From an uncultured delta proteobacterium (lineage in GTDB: Bacteria > Desulfobacterota > Desulfuromonadia > Geobacterales > Pseudopelobacteraceae), in the NCBI GenBank assembly GCA_963772835.1, contig CAVYYZ010000003.1:128001-192000 (forward strand): a stretch of 64,000 nucleotides of DNA, given 5' to 3'. A model generated the notes under the pieces. It worked only from the letters and a program-made list of their open reading frames with translations. It was not told where the DNA came from and made no database searches. A program made the position numbers and the translations under genes. Shown here in pieces: positions 63,611 to 64,000 of the stretch. Each line of letters opens with the position of its first letter. The first letter of the stretch is position 1.

Positions 63611-63898
63611 AAACTTCAAAACGCCTTCGCCTATAAAACCCCGTCGTTATTGTCGCACAATAATTAACATTATGTAGATTATTTACAACCGGCTAATTTC
63701 TTTGTCAGAAGCGGCGTAATTGTCATTATGAGATTCTTACACAAGAAATATATAGCCGTAATGGTGCGATTAATTATCCATAACTCACCGTAATAAAACA
63801 ACATTAATTATGGCATGAAAGATGTACTCACCTTTTTCATGAAGCTGATAGCAAAAGATAAATTACCCAAAAGTCTATCCTCATAAAAGGGCACCGCC

Positions 63899-64000
63899 AT
63901 GAAATTAAGTAATCAAAAAGGACAGGCATTAGTGGAACTGGCGCTGTCGCTTTTTCTTCTGGTTCTTTTGGTTTTCGGTGTATTTGAGTTTGGCAGAGCC
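63899..64000 (+). CDS. TadE-like pseudopilin, 5' part (runs off window)
   Basis: MKLSNQKG/QALVELALSLFLLVLLVFGVFEFGRA. Confidence 0.88.
   Translation, partial: MKLSNQKGQALVELALSLFLLVLLVFGVFEFGRA

Noticed and set aside
63673..63687. TGTAGATTATTTACA as another PEP-CTERM box before tadE
   Set aside because: Spacing is TGT-N9-ACA rather than N11, and its offset from the candidate promoter is 124 rather than 63; it may bind another factor but is unsupported

Overview
Chromosomal window from a Desulfuromonadales/Geobacteraceae-like deltaproteobacterium (inferred from gene content and order). 1-19.3 kb is core genome: the ffh-rpsP-khpA-rimM-trmD-SPOUT-rplS cluster, dciA, ettA, an MCP, rpsF-rpsR-yybS-rplI with an S6:S18 leader RNA, an aminotransferase, a frameshifted DUF2721 gene, pepF and tRNA-Ala(GGC). 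Accessory DNA follows. (i) A tungsten aldehyde:ferredoxin oxidoreductase module (radical SAM/SPASM, AOR, ubiquitin-like hypothetical, MoaD, ThiF) sits behind a Moco/Tuco-type riboswitch and ends at an Hsp20 gene remnant. (ii) A remodelled PEP-CTERM/EPS locus contains prsR-prsK-tviC-tviB, an inserted signalling block (two sigma54 activators, glmS, two hybrid kinases, CRP, a diguanylate cyclase), a miniature degenerate PEP-CTERM gene, truncated prsT, export genes, Wzm/Wzt and aminosugar genes. No exosortase, Wzy or elongating glycosyltransferase is in the window. (iii) The start of a Flp/Tad pilus cluster closes the window. The most notable signal is that the mini-PEP-CTERM/DGC/CRP operon and the flp pilin gene share the same enhancer (TGTCGG-N5-TTKACA) at an identical 63-nt offset from perfect sigma54 promoters. 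This suggests one PrsR-type regulon linking c-di-GMP synthesis and Tad pili next to a glycan export locus. All family assignments come from motif recognition by eye, not database searches.
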